Shown here: piece after piece, positions 11,941-25,060 of the stretch
How the letters are laid out: every line of letters begins with the position of its first letter
How positions within the stretch are numbered: the first letter of the stretch is position 1
Assembly: GCA_965262115.1 (NCBI GenBank)
Contig: OZ253496.1
Location: 32,001 to 96,000 of the forward strand
Origin: Nitrospinales bacterium
Lineage (GTDB): Bacteria > Nitrospinota > Nitrospinia > Nitrospinales > VA-1
Reading direction: 5' to 3'
DNA length: 64,000 bases
Notes under the pieces: generated by a model
Told to the model about the DNA's origin: nothing
The model's database searches: none
What the model saw: only the letters and a program-made list of their open reading frames with translations
Program-made: the position numbers and the translations under genes

Positions 11941-14087
11941 ATGGCATCTCTAGAATCCAGTACTTCAAGTTACAAGAAGAAGATTCTTCGGATATGGATT
12001 CTGACTCTGATAATGAGATTTCACAAATTGACATTGACAGTCAAATCTCTACATCTATCTGGTCTTCTAAGTCAGCAAAAAAAAGTGATCGTGTTCTATC
12101 ACAGACAGTATGCAAAGACTTTCCCATGGACCACAACTTCGAGAAAGAGATCTTCTTTTTCCTTCTGTAAAGTGCTCTCATGATATAAACCTTGGAAGAG
12201 GTGGAACTAGAGATCTCAGGAGACATCAGGAAATGAAATTACACAAACACTCAGAAAAAGATGGTGTGGGTGTACTGCCTCTACACTCCTACTTTGGGCC
12301 AATAAGAGAGGAGTCTCTAATCCGTGCAGAAGTACTTTTCGCATATTTTTGGGGGGAGCACCATCTTGCCTTTCAATTGGGAGATCATTGTACCAAACTA
12401 TTCAAGTTGATGTTTCCTGATTCTTCTATTGCAAAAGACTTTAAGTGCAGTCGTACTAAAGCAACAGCTCTGTTGAAAGTTATTGCCAAGGATTGTTGGA
12501 AAACCATTTCTGCAGCAGTTACAGAGACTAAATACTTCAGCTTCCAAACTGATGAGACAACTGATATTACCGTTACAAAACAACTGCTATTGTGCTTCGA
12601 TTCTTCGATAACACCCGAGGACAGGTGAGATGTGTCTTATTTACCCTAGAGAGTGTAGAGAGGGCAACTGCAGAGCTGCTATTTAACGCAATCGATTAGC
12701 ATTTTCAAGAATCCACTACCCTCCTCTATGATAATCTTGTCAGATTAGGTACAGATGGGGCCAATGTAATGTTGGGAGCATGAAATTCAGTGATGTCACA
12801 GTTACGATACAAGCATCCAGCTTTAGTTTCTCTTTATTGTCATTGTCGCATAGCAATACTAATAGCAAATGAGGCCTGCAAAGTCTTGCCTGATGAATTG
12901 GAAGATCTGACAACTGATATATAGTATTGTTTCCAGAAGAGCTCAAGGAGGCTGCGATAGTTTTAACAATTTCAGAGTTTTGTGGAATGCAAGCCACACA
13001 AGTTGTTAAAAGCATGCCAAACACGATGGCTCAGCCTTGAAGCTTGCGTAAATTGTCTTATCGAGCAATATGAAGTCTTGCCCTCATACTTTCGAAGTAC
13101 TGAGGATAAGCAGGCAGTAGTGAGGAGAGTAAAAATTGTACTTGAAAAGCTTCTGACCAAAGCTTACTTGCTCTTTCTATGTTCTGCATTACCAAATGTT
13201 AATAATTTCAACAGGAATGCAGCCGCAATCTCCAATTCTTCATGTTCTCTACCAAGAGCTCAATGGCTTAATATGAAAATTTCTGTTGCGGTTCATGAAT
13301 TCTGAGTATGTGTGTGCTGCTGAACATGTTTCACAAGTGTGTATTGATAACTCAGAAGAGTATCTCCCTTTACACGATGTTTTCGTAGGTCACAACACAC
13401 TATCATACCTTGAAGAAGAGGATGGATTATCATCTGAAGATGTGAGAAAATTTAGGGAGACTATCCAAGCTTGGTGCATTGCTGCAGCCAAGGGAGCTGT
13501 CAAATGATTACCTATGAGTCACATGTTACTCTCCACTTCAACCAGGCTTACAACAATAAGTATGGCTGGTTAGGTGCTTGCTGCAGCAGAGTTTGTTCCT
13601 CAGGAAGTTCAAGTTAGTGACAAACACAGCCTTCAAGAGGAATTTATGGATTTTTGCAAGTCGCCATTACCTCCTAAAGTCACGGCTATGACAAAGGTGG
13701 ATAAGTTGGCATGCAATCAGCCAAATCAAAGACTGCTTGGAAACTGAGTATTGTACTCCACATTAACAAAACTCGGAAAAGCCTTTCTAGTTATACCCCA
13801 TGGCAATGCTGATACCAAACATTTATTCAGCCATATTGGTCTCAGCAAAACGAAGCACAGAAACAGACTAGGAATTTCTACATTAAATCAGTGCATTCCT
13901 CAAAAATGTGAATTTAACTGAACACTGAACTATTAAAGACATGTGTATTCATGTGTATTTGCTATGAACACACTGTTTTTTCTCATGAAATTGTTGTTTG
14001 TATTTTGTTTGTATTTTTTATTGCCAAAAAAATTGGATAACACAAACGAGTAATTTGGAAATTACCAAAAAAAATATGGCAACACTG
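11941..14087 (+). mobile_element. hAT DNA transposon (ZNF862/ZMYM-like transposase pseudogene)
   Basis: Frameshifted motifs KLMFPDSSIAKDFKCSRTKAT, FQTDETTDI, GTDGANVM, LLKACQTRWLSLE, IPHGNADT; right end tggcaacactg (CAGTGTTGCCA-type TIR) at 14077-14087; left TIR not seen. Confidence 0.92.
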
Positions 14088-15399
14088 TATCTGTGTTGTC
14101 GTACGTTCCTAACCTGGCAGTGGACGGAAGATTTTACGGACTTGAAAACCTGCCATAGATCACTAGATTCGTCGTATGAAGGAAACAGGCAGATTCGAAG
14201 CCCAAATGAAAGAAACGTGGATCTACACGCGGCCTGCTTGGCTAATTGCTATTCAGACTGAACTACTCAATTTATTAACACACTGGCATTGGATGTGATA
14301 CAGTTCTTGATAGCAAGAACTATTTTCAATCTTGCTAAGGTAAACACAGTTCCTTGCATGTGCAGCCGCTCTCTCTTGAGTAGACGGCTGGATAGTTTGG
14401 CATATATAAAAAGCATAACTGATGCATATAATCAATAGTTGTGTTAATGATGTACAGCTAGGGAACAAAACAAAGTAACATTTGAAACAGGAGAAAAAAT
14501 GTTTTTAAAAGCAGACATTTACCTTCTGCATGCTACCAAAAATTGATAAAAGGGTTATCTTGTAGAAGATAGATACAAAAGGAAATGGAGTCATTTATTT
14601 TAAGAAGAAGGGTGGAACCATCTTAAAGCTAATATTCTATATATCCTACAAATTTGAAACTTGGTGGATATCCGAAAAACTTTAGCTTTAATGTCAAAAT
14701 GGGTGTGTGGCTTCCAATAATGTGTGTGACCAAGAAAAGTTGTGTTCCCAAGGAAAGTTGTGTTTCCAGCATTCGGGAGAAAGGGCAAGAGAGGGAAGAA
14801 AATAGGATGGAAACTAGGATGAGAGGAATGATGAGGAAGAGATGGTGGAGGGAAAAAATGAGAGCTGGAGCATGTGAAGGTTGAAGAAGAGAGACATGAT
14901 TCAAACTTTTGTCTCTGAATTCGAATTCAGTAGAGCCGGTAATACTGCTTTGTCAGTATACCACACAGCAAACAGAGATAACTTTCTTGGACATCTGCTA
15001 TTTGTACTGATGGAAGGTAGAGGATATTTTTAGACCCATCTTGACAAACTTTCTCTCTTGCATCCACATATATATATACCTGAAACCAATCTCATCTGGT
15101 TGAACTGTACACATGAAGGCTTATATTTCCAATGACAGAAACATCTTCTGTAGTACTCACAGACACAACAGTACACATATCACATAACCACCACACAAGT
15201 AGTATACTTGGATATACATAGACTATATATATATAGAGAGAGAGAGAGACTATATATATATTATTCGTGATTTTGAGATGTGTCCAGTAGCGCCTTATGA
15301 CTTTTCAATGCTTCTACACATATTAAAATCAATTCTTACATACCACAGAAGTCACACACCAATTTTAGTGTTTTGTTATCGATGCATGACTGGTTATAG

Positions 15400-16030
15400 C
15401 AGTTTTAAACTTGGGGTGCAAGATTTTTTTGAGTGACCTTGATGTTGGAGTATGTATCTTCTAAGAAAATGTGCCTATAGAGACATTCAACATATCATTT
15501 GAAAGTACAAAGAATATGTAACAATATGTTACTGAAATTACCGGCACAGGAGAAAGGCTTTGTTCCAACTTTTGGGGGTTTTGACATTACACCCTTAAAG
15601 ATAATATAACAAGATTCAAGTGGCCATATGCAGTACCTGATGTATCCTAGTTGAAACATCAGAAACTTTGCCAGCCATAACAGAAGCTTCGACCACAAAT
15701 ATTGGCAATATCATGATAATAGTCTCTCTGAAACTCCAAAATAGCAACAGCAATTGGTTTTGCATCAGTTTCATAAATCCAAGAAATTTTATCTGTACTA
15801 TAAGTTCACTATTGCTGTCATCTAAAATTGGACACACATTGACATTTGCCCATGTGTAGCTACATCAGTGCACTCATCTGCTAAAACTGTGAACCAAGTG
15901 GAATAGATCTGATATGATTCACACAGGAAAGAGCAAAGGGCTCTCTGATAAGAAATTGTGTGAAGGTTGTGCTGGTGAAATTATTGCTTGCTTAAGAATC
16001 CAGCCTGGATGTGACTTCAGATTGAATCAG
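15400..16030 (-). mobile_element. hAT transposase fragment, decayed
   Basis: WFTVLADECTDVATHGQMSMCV, KFLGF, ASVMAGKVSDVSTRI and a degenerate HxxxHxLNLV motif. Confidence 0.75.
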
Positions 16031-17369
16031 AAGAACTAAGGCCCTGACACAAAGAATTTTGATGTGTGCATTCATTAATTTGAACAACTACCAAAAATGA
16101 GTAGAGTCTGGTTAATGCTATTGAACAAAGTATGATACTCTGCTATGTTATCATGGTAAGTGCCAAGAAGCAAACTCACACAAAGGAATATTTCAACACC
16201 ACCATTAAACATGTAGTCCACAATTAATAAATCATTATATATACTAGTGTGTACTATGTTTATTGTGGCAGTTGTGGTTGGCATTGAATATAAAGGGACT
16301 AGCTTATTCCGAGTCTGGAGAGAAACACATTGATAGTGACCTCACTATTGAACAGCTCTCTGGAGTCTAAAAAAGAAAAAAACCAAAATATTCTTCCTCT
16401 TATTGCTAAAAATTACGTAATAAAAATTATGTCATCACTATATTCCGTATAACAAATATTTCGCTCTAACGAACAACTTCTGGTCCTAAAGTGTTAGCTA
16501 TACTGTGGTTCTACTGTGTATATTTATTATTAAAGCAATGATCTATATAGCTACTCCATTAAGATAACTAATCTCTATGTAAGCTGCTGCTATAGAAAGC
16601 TAGAGTATACTTATATTTAGTAATTGTACTAGCTGGATCATTGTCATTATGATGACGATTGTAAAGATACTGTACCTGTTTCACTAGTTACAAATGAGAG
16701 CTGGGCAGCTTTACAAGGAGAGCTAGCTTGCTCTGGGAGCTGATTATATTGTTTATTGATATGTTCCAAATATTCTGTGACTTTCACTATTACTCGGATT
16801 TAATTCACAAATTACAAGCTATTGAAATTATATCTAGCATTAACAGTAGCTGTGTGGCTAGGAAATACTGCTTCTATTCTAGGAGGTGGGCTAGATGGAC
16901 TGTGTATTGTATTATTGGTTCTTTACTCCATTTGATTTATAGTTCATCCATTGTATTTCAAACTTTGTGCCTATAACTTTTTCAAGAATAAATATTTTAA
17001 ACATCAAATGCAATAAGCTGTAGCTGGCATAAGAATCAACTCCAGTGTGGTAAGCAAACAAAAGGTATGTACCCATAGTGCTATAGATATAATGAGATTT
17101 GATGCCTCATGTCACCTGTGGAAATCAAACTCTCCTACTCTTGCACATCCTAAACCTTTGCCCCACGGCTCTGAACCAAAAACTGCCCTGAACCAAAAAA
17201 GACTTCTGGAGCTTGGAAACAGTTGACTTGCTAATGTGATCGACTGCAAGGAGAAAGTGAAAAGAAGAGACCAGCTAACTCTTGTAGATCCACAACTGGA
17301 ATTCTCCTCTCCCTAAATTTGCCGTGAATTTGTAAAGCTCTAACAAAACTTACCTGCTAGCTAAGGTGG

Positions 17370-19095
17370 TGTGTGGATAGCCATACTACAAATTGTCGTG
17401 GACAGAAGGGCTGAATTACCTCATGCAACTTTCGGACCATTTACTGACTCCTCTACCATTAACTGGGATGCCATCGATGCAGAATTCTCGGCAAATCTGT
17501 CACCAGTTCATCAATATTTTGCTTCAGATGAAATTTTAACCTCAGAAGCCGCAGATATCTTCTCAGCCCTATTTAAAATCACTCAGAGCAATAGGAAGTA
17601 TTACCTACTCCTGGTACCTCTCACTCTACCTCTAAAGTCCTCCATCGCACCAGGAGGATAGAAAGATTAGTCCAGAATCAAAGAGAGTTGAAAAACTCCT
17701 CCCAAAGGAACATAAAACAAATTCCTGGGGAATTTCATCAGTACGTCTACAAGGCTCTGAAGTCTCTAAATCATAGTGCCTCATCCAAAAGTCTATGGAA
17801 ACATGAAAAGGCCTTCAAATCTAATCCCTGGACATACTCCAGAGCTCCTCATCAGTATCTCCCACCTGCACTGCAAAAGAGATTCATTTATATTTCACAA
17901 ACATCTCGAAAGCATCCCATCAGTATCATTTATTACCTCAGTGGATAAATGAGGTCTGGTGTGCTCTAGATCAAGAGGAATGACCTTTTTTGACATATCT
18001 CCAATAACACCGAGTTTAGTCAAGAGAGTTCTGAAGAAGATATCCTCTAACTCCTCCCACGGAGAAGATGGAATATCCTACATTACTTGAAAAAAAGTCC
18101 CCTGCTCAACATTTTCTTACACCTCTGTTCCTAAAGATTCTTCTGAAGTGGCAATATGCACCATCCATTTGTAGTGAAGCCAAGATTAAACTTCTTTTCT
18201 AAGGGGGTGACCCCAAACAACCGAGTAACTTTCGCCCTATCGCGCTGACAATCATTAGAACCTTGCCATCAAATTAGAAAGATTTCTGTACACAAACGAT
18301 CTAATCGATCCCTATGCTCAGCAATGACCTTCATCGACCTAAATAATGCTTTCAGATCGGTGTCTCATAACTATATTGACGATATCGAACACATCTCGCT
18401 TCCGGTCGAGTTTCATTCGTATATTTCGAGCCTATACTGGGAACTTGTCGGTTTCATTGAGAACAAAGAATGGAAGACAGACCCTTTTCCAATTAGCTGG
18501 TGGTGGAGGAGGGGTCTTCAAGGTGACACTTTGTCACCCCTTATCTTCCAGGTGGCCTTTAACCCCATCATCAAATGCATTCAATGTTCACCATTTATAC
18601 TCCCCCCCCCCCACCAAATCAGGGTGTCTCCCAGAAAGGAATTCCTTTATGTATACCTTTTGGAATGAGCCTCAATCAGAAGAGCCTCCTAGATGGTACT
18701 TGGCCAAGGTCACTTACATCTCGGACAATGGCAATGCAGTCATTCACTACAAAAGAGGCTCTCTTGAGGAAGCAGTCAACTTGCTCAATGCCTCATGGGT
18801 TCAAGCAAAGGGTAATGGGAAGTGGTTCTTTCCAATTTCATCAACCTCTCCAGTTGTGGGAGCCTCCACCCCAAAAATCCCAAAAGTGAAGTCCACATTG
18901 TGTGAACGCTTTGCCGATGACCTCACCATCATTTATCAACATGAACATGCTTCAGTCCTTGGCACACTCTCCAAAAAGTGTTCTGACATAGATTTAGAGA
19001 TTCGTCCTGACAAATGTCAGTAGTATACAATGGATCCAAGGTCAAGAAGACTTGTTCTTTTCCCATTGGGGAGGGCCACACATCCCATGTTAATA
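17370..19095 (+). mobile_element. non-LTR retrotransposon (RLE-clade-like) reverse transcriptase pseudogene
   Basis: SSHGEDGISY, PSNFRPIAL, FIDLNNAFRSVSH, QGDTLSPLIF, RFADDLTII, LEIRPDKC; multiple frameshifts. Confidence 0.92.
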
Positions 19096-19683
19096 ACCTA
19101 AGTAATCCCTGTATATCCCAAATCTTAGCCGCTCTAGTTCTATGATATGGTCGGCCATAGAAAATGACATTTACACATACATACCCCACAATATATAATT
19201 AGAAGATGTTTAGAGTCATTAGCACATAAGCTAACTTTACGGTATTAGGTACTTTCCAGTGACAACATAATAATTATAATACAAGTACTATTCAATATTT
19301 ATCATAGAGTGTGTTAATACTATCTATATTATTATTTTGACCCATATTCCAAAATGGGGCCCTAGCTAAATCCCACTTTGATAAACACTAAGAAGTCTAA
19401 CACATAGTTTTGGCAGTTTTAGTTCCGAAAAACTTCCAGTGCCTCACTATGATAGCCGACCTATTTTTATGCCCAATATATATACAATTTATATTCAAGG
19501 ATTTATTACCAGGTAAGCCGGTAATTAGTCTTCTTCTATCTTTGTAATCTAAAATCTACATCTTTCTTTCTTACAAATAACTAACCATAATATGGTAATT
19601 TTCATTCCACACAACCCTACATTTTCATAGCACTATTCCCCACTTTTCTTCATCCATCTGTCTCTCTCCCCTTTATCTTCCAG

Positions 19684-20049
19684 TCCCTAAGCTCCCATGA
19701 TATCCATTGAATATAACTACCCCTCCTCTTTAACAACAGGAGGTGGTGGATCGCCTTTCAGCTGTTTACCTCTATCCTGCTCCACTACGATCACTGTAAG
19801 GTTGGACCCAGTACCCTTGTCAGTTAGATTTTGGGTGGCAGAAATCTACGAATCCCTCTGACCACATAGTGGATTTGCCGTCCAATACATTCACTAAAAG
19901 GGATATATATGGCTCCATGGTAACCAATATGCTGTCAGCCAGTGCCTCAGTATCTGAAAACCACACCTTTTTATGTCAAGTCATTTTGGACTTATCTCCA
20001 TCTACTCAAAATTTCAAGATGAATGGCTCACTGACTCTCATTGCATATG
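19684..20049 (+). pseudogene. disrupted immunoglobulin-like domain exon
   Basis: Strong pyrimidine tract + cag acceptor and TAT G|gtgagt donor; 366 nt, phase 1-1. Reconstructed LSC...VPLSVRF.W...HTFLCQVIL...LTLIAYG (Ig C-W-C pattern) needs two compensating frameshifts and has in-frame stops. Confidence 0.6.
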
Positions 20050-20119
20050 GTGAGTGATGGTTTGATGTGAATTCTGCAGTACCATATGTATATATTTATG
20101 TATCCTTGCTTGATTATAA

Positions 20120-20895
20120 TTTAAAAACAAACAACTATACTGGATTGAAAGGAAAAAAGGAAGCAAGATCCTAGACCACTAACAGTTAAAAACCCTTTAC
20201 CATTAAAAATCATATACACATTATTGTAAGCAGGATACTATCCATATCTGTACATGACATATCTTGTTACTATTGTTAACTTCACCCATATAATACAATC
20301 GGTATTTTGGTACAGCCTCCTTTATGGAATTGGAAACAGTTGCGCAGCAGAACACCACCAAATAGCATATGTTTTGGTAAAGGATCACCTACATCCTTGA
20401 TTAGACTTGGTAACAGTTTACCAGGAACAAGAACTCCTCAAACCAAACAGCAGAACCAAGTCCAAGTGCGGGACTTCATTCCACTTTTAAAGGTGTGATC
20501 TACCCAATTCCAATTATAGAAAAAAAAAACAGGTGAGCCAACTTGATTGCATTATCAGCAAACATTGCTTCCTATTCCTCTTTTCTGCAATCAAGAAACA
20601 GAGTATTGCTGCAATTCACTGGAGCATTTGGAGTCTTCTGGAAATAATGCTTTTTTAAATAAATGTTCACATGTATGCAAGTTGTGAGTGGAGAAAAAAA
20701 CATAGATCCATGAAGATGACCTTTTTCAATTTTTTTGTACAGCTGGTTTTATGCCTTAGCGAAGGATTCAAGACATACTTTGAGTCTTTGGGGGCAGCTA
20801 AGAAGCTGCAATGTAAGTTTTAGCTATTTAGGTGTTTTTTTTGCAGTATACCATTTAAAAAAATGATCAATTCAATAATTATTAAGAATACAAGC
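20120..20895 (+). mobile_element. repeat family A (Helentron/HINE-like), internally deleted copy
   Basis: Shares tggattga, tagacca, tgttttggta.aggatca.cta, caagaactc..caaaccaaacagcagaac, ccttagc.aaggattcaa and gcagctaagaagctgc with the other copies. Confidence 0.75.
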
Positions 20896-21141
20896 GTACT
20901 CCATGAAGTGTAAGGTAATGTGTATTTGGTGAGGAGTGGGGGGTAATTTATCTCATTGTGACTTGTAATTACTCTACCTGGTGAACCCTAGTAAGACAAA
21001 GCCAAGTAAGATGATAAACATATGGCTAGCTGCTCTCCATGACCAAGCATGCTGTATTATAAGCATAACAAATGACTCTTGCTCGGTTCTACTGTTTGGT
21101 ATGTGGAGTTCTCACTCCTCGGTAACAGTTACCAAGTTCAA

Positions 21142-21820
21142 ACTCATATATTGGTAGCTCAAGTTTTTAAGACTTATATATTGGAAGCTGAGGTTTTTAC
21201 GACTCATATATTGGTAGCTCAGGTTTTTAAGACTTATATATTGGCAGCTCAAGTTTTTACGACTCATATATTGGCAACTCAGGTTTTTAAGACTCATATT
21301 GGCAGCTCATGTTTTACGACTCATATTGGCAGCACAGGTTTTTTACGACTCATATATTGGCAGCTCAGGTTTTTATGACTCATATTGGCAGCTCAGGTTT
21401 TTAAGACTCATATATTGGCAGCTCAGGTTTTTTTTTATGAATCATATTGGCAGCTCAGGTTTTTACGACTCAGATATTGGCAGCTCAGATTTTTAAGACC
21501 CATATATTGGCAGCTCAGGTTTTTACAACTTGTATATTGGCAGCTTAGGTTTTTACGACTCATATATTGGCAGCTCAGGTTTTTAAGACTCATATATTAG
21601 CAGATCAGGTTTTTACAACTCATATATTGGCAGCTCAGGTTTTTAAGACCATATATTGGCAGCTCAGATTTTTACAACTCATATATTGGCAGCTCAGGTT
21701 TTTAAGGCTCATATATTGGCAGCTCAGGTTTTTAACACTCATATATTGACAGTTCAGGTTTTCAAGATTCATATTGGCCGCTCAGGTTTTTACAACTCAT
21801 ATATTGGCAGCTCAGGTTTT
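21142..21820. repeat. 30-bp minisatellite, ~23 copies
   Basis: Unit actcatatattggcagctcaggttttta(a/c)g. Confidence 0.97.
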
Positions 21821-22642
21821 GACTGCTATTAGCTCCAAAAAGATTATCTATATCTGTTAGAGTTGGTCAATCCATAACAACTTGAGTCCCAAACTTCAAA
21901 TGCTTCAAGGCATCATCCACACGTAATCTGTTTTCCTGTTTTCTATGCAGAAAAATGGTATTGGAATGGGTCTTTGTTGATGATGCAATTAAGCTAGCTT
22001 ACATGCTATTTTATAATCAGAAATGCGAAGAGATGCTTCTCCAAAACATGCCTCAATCAAGCTATAATCAAAAGCAAGCAACTGTATAGAAATATGTATG
22101 TGCATACTTAGTTCTGGAATTTTCCTGTGCATTGATTTCCAAGGTCTTTGAGAAGGAGGCCATAGCTGAAACATGGCGTACTCTAATAATACAGAACAAC
22201 ATGGTATGGCATGTGATGACTTGTATAGTGTTTTACAAAAAGAAATAAGTTAGATAAAGTGTCTAATAGGAGTGGTTCATCACTGCTGTTTGATTTAGTT
22301 GTGCAGTTCTCCTCTGCCATTGTTTGAAAGATTCTTTAAAACATAGAACACAAAACAACAAACAACAACAGTAAAAACAACAAAAATAAATAACAACAAT
22401 AAACGAAACCAATGAACAACAAAAATAACAAAATAAAAAACAAGAATAAACCACAACAACAATATCAAATAGTTGGGTTTTTTTCATTTAAAAACTATAT
22501 TAGATTGAGTGAGGAAACAAGATTGTACCCATGTAGACCACAACAGGTGAGACGACACTTTACCATTTAAAATCATATACACAAATCATTTATCTGTATA
22601 ATTATTTGGTATATCAGTAAAGGACATCTAGCAGTCTACATG

Positions 22643-23192
22643 CAGGGCTGGCGGAAGCGGTACAGCAGATCTGGCCAAAACAGGACCACGCATGAATCAA
22701 TAGTCGTCATTAAATAAGTAAATACAAATTGGTAAAAGTTGGTTTACTACTTTAATTGCTTAGTATATGCATAAGTATTATATAGTTTACCAAGCAGTGT
22801 ATATCTATCTCTGTGCTGAAGCTGGCAACGTCGAGTGAATTATCCTTGTTCAATCTCATAACTTAAGCACAGTCTCTCCCCAAGTAGGAAATTCTTCTCT
22901 TTCTTCATCGCTCAGTTTGCCGTCTGATAGCCTGAAATCATCGTCTCCTCGTTTCACTAATGGTAAACATTGATGTCATGTCGACAAAATCCAGCTCTTG
23001 TTACACCATATTACAGACCAGGGATTTCCTCAACTGCTAGAGCTATATTTTGGGTGTGCACTGATACTAAAGTTCAGTAATGGCCCAAGATGCAGCAAAA
23101 GAAATTTCAAGAGGACAGCTTCAAATGCCTCCAGAGACATCCACAAAGATCACTTTCACTTTGGCCGGACCACTTTTGTTTCCTCCGGGCCT
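22643..23192 (+). mobile_element. non-autonomous hAT-like MITE (~550 bp)
   Basis: Ends cagggctggcggaagc...ggccaaa / tttggccggaccacttttgtttcctccgggcct; second partial copy at 7759-7927; no clean TSD. Confidence 0.65.
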
Positions 23193-23359
23193 AATATATG
23201 GCAGTTGGATTGCGATTTACTTCTTCATTTATGCAATATTGGTGAAAAATTGAAACCAGCATTGTAAACAACTTTGTTAAATTATGTCGATCTTGATCAT
23301 TACCATAGTCATATCATAGTCATATTATGTGGTAGTTTATATCACAATACCTAAAATAT

Positions 23360-24492
23360 ACAAGAACAAAAACTGGATTGACCTGTTAAAAATGGAAGGA
23401 ACACCCATGTAGAACATACCAGGATGATGCTTTACTATTCAAAAGCATATATATATACCCAAATGTTTTTTTAAAAGCCGTACAATATTGGTGTACATGG
23501 TGGTTGTGGTCTACACGGTACAGTCTTATTTTCTTTCTTTGGCAATCTAATATATTTTTGTTTTTAAACCTTTTATTTCATTATTACTATTTTGTTTTTC
23601 ATTTTTTCGTGTATTGTAATTGAATGTAGATGAGTAGAGCTGCAAGATTTCCAGAGCTTTTAAACACTTTTTCTAACTTGTTGTACACTACATTTAACAC
23701 AACTGCATGCATGTCTGGTTGCTATTGTTGACTGTACCCATGATGACCATGTGGCCACCAAACCTTTAGCACAAACAATAATTGTTGCTATTGTTGACTG
23801 AATGTACACCACATTGTCAACCACACAAATATCAGAACGTATTATATTTTGTTTGACTATACCCATGTTGGGTCAGCTACAGCCTGGTAACCATTTCACA
23901 ATTGAACTCCATCAAACAAACAGCCAATGTTTTGTTAGAGGATCAGCTACACCCTCTTTTGGACTGGGTAACAGTTTTCAAGAGCAAGAACTCAAGAACC
24001 AAACAGCAGAACTGAGCAAAAAAATTCAGGAGCAATCATTACCCACAAAACTGCACATGAGCTAGCTTGATTGCATCATTGACAAGAAACCATACCCATA
24101 CCTCATTTCTGATGTCGCAAAACAAATTAGTCACCATAATTATACCACAATAGTTAATGATCCTTTACCATTTATACTAATATATGCCAAACATTGGAAC
24201 TTTTAGTACTAAGGTTTTTATGAATTGATGTATTGTAGACAGTGTATTTGTGGGTAAAAAAAAGAGAAATATATATGAATTTTTAATTTTTTTCTTCACT
24301 TTTACAACTTTTTCCCCCACTGCCAGTTTAATACCTTAGCAAAGGATTCAAAGCACATTTGGAGTCTTTTTGGAGCTGAAACCATAAGTAGCTAAGAAGC
24401 TGCCATGTTAATTTGGCTGAGATGTGAGCTGTGGTTTTGGGGAATTTTTGCCATTCATCAGGGAGTCAATCCAATATGGGAGGAGTAGCATA
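23360..24492 (+). mobile_element. repeat family A (Helentron/HINE-like), near full length
   Basis: Collinear with 46055-47163; tggattgacc near the 5' end and gtcaatccaatat near the 3' end. Confidence 0.8.
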
Positions 24493-24744
24493 CTAGATAG
24501 CAAGATCCGGTGAATGTCAAAGTTTTTTTTTTTTAACTCTTTCTACATTTTATTCACTGCCAGTTTACTCATAGCAAATGATTCAAGGCATCCTTGGATT
24601 ATTTTTAGTGCTAATGTCAGCTGAAAGCACCACAGATGGCTGAAGGAAGCGCTAGAGAGGGTGGACCTGGACCTCCCAATAGTTCCAGGATTTTATTTGG
24701 TTACTGTGAAAAAAATGAATTTTATTCTGACCTGAGGGGACAGG

Positions 24745-25060
24745 TGATGGCTGAGGATTGCAATTGCCATCATAAATGGTCTCTTCCTAGCCTTTGCTGG
24801 TGTTTATGGAAGCCATTCTTTGGAGAAAAGCTGCACAGGACCTATGCTTACCTGGAATTACTCTGAATTCCTTCTATCTTGAGAAAGGTGGTGATCTTAG
24901 ATCGATTTCTTTGCTGTTTTGTCGCTGTTTTGTTGTAGACGTAGAGTAAAGTAGTGATGTGTAGCCCTTTGTTTGCCTACTTCAATGGAGAAGATTCTTT
25001 GACCAAACTGCAGGTTTCTGCATTTGTGTTTGAATAATAGTTTAAAAATGTATTCCCGAA
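24745..25060 (+). repeat. dispersed repeat family B, copy 2
   Basis: Collinear with 1583-1900. Confidence 0.65.

Noticed and set aside
21079..21749. ORFs with AAQVFKTHIL / YWQLRFLRLI repeats
   Set aside because: Translations of the 30-bp minisatellite, with indels breaking frame
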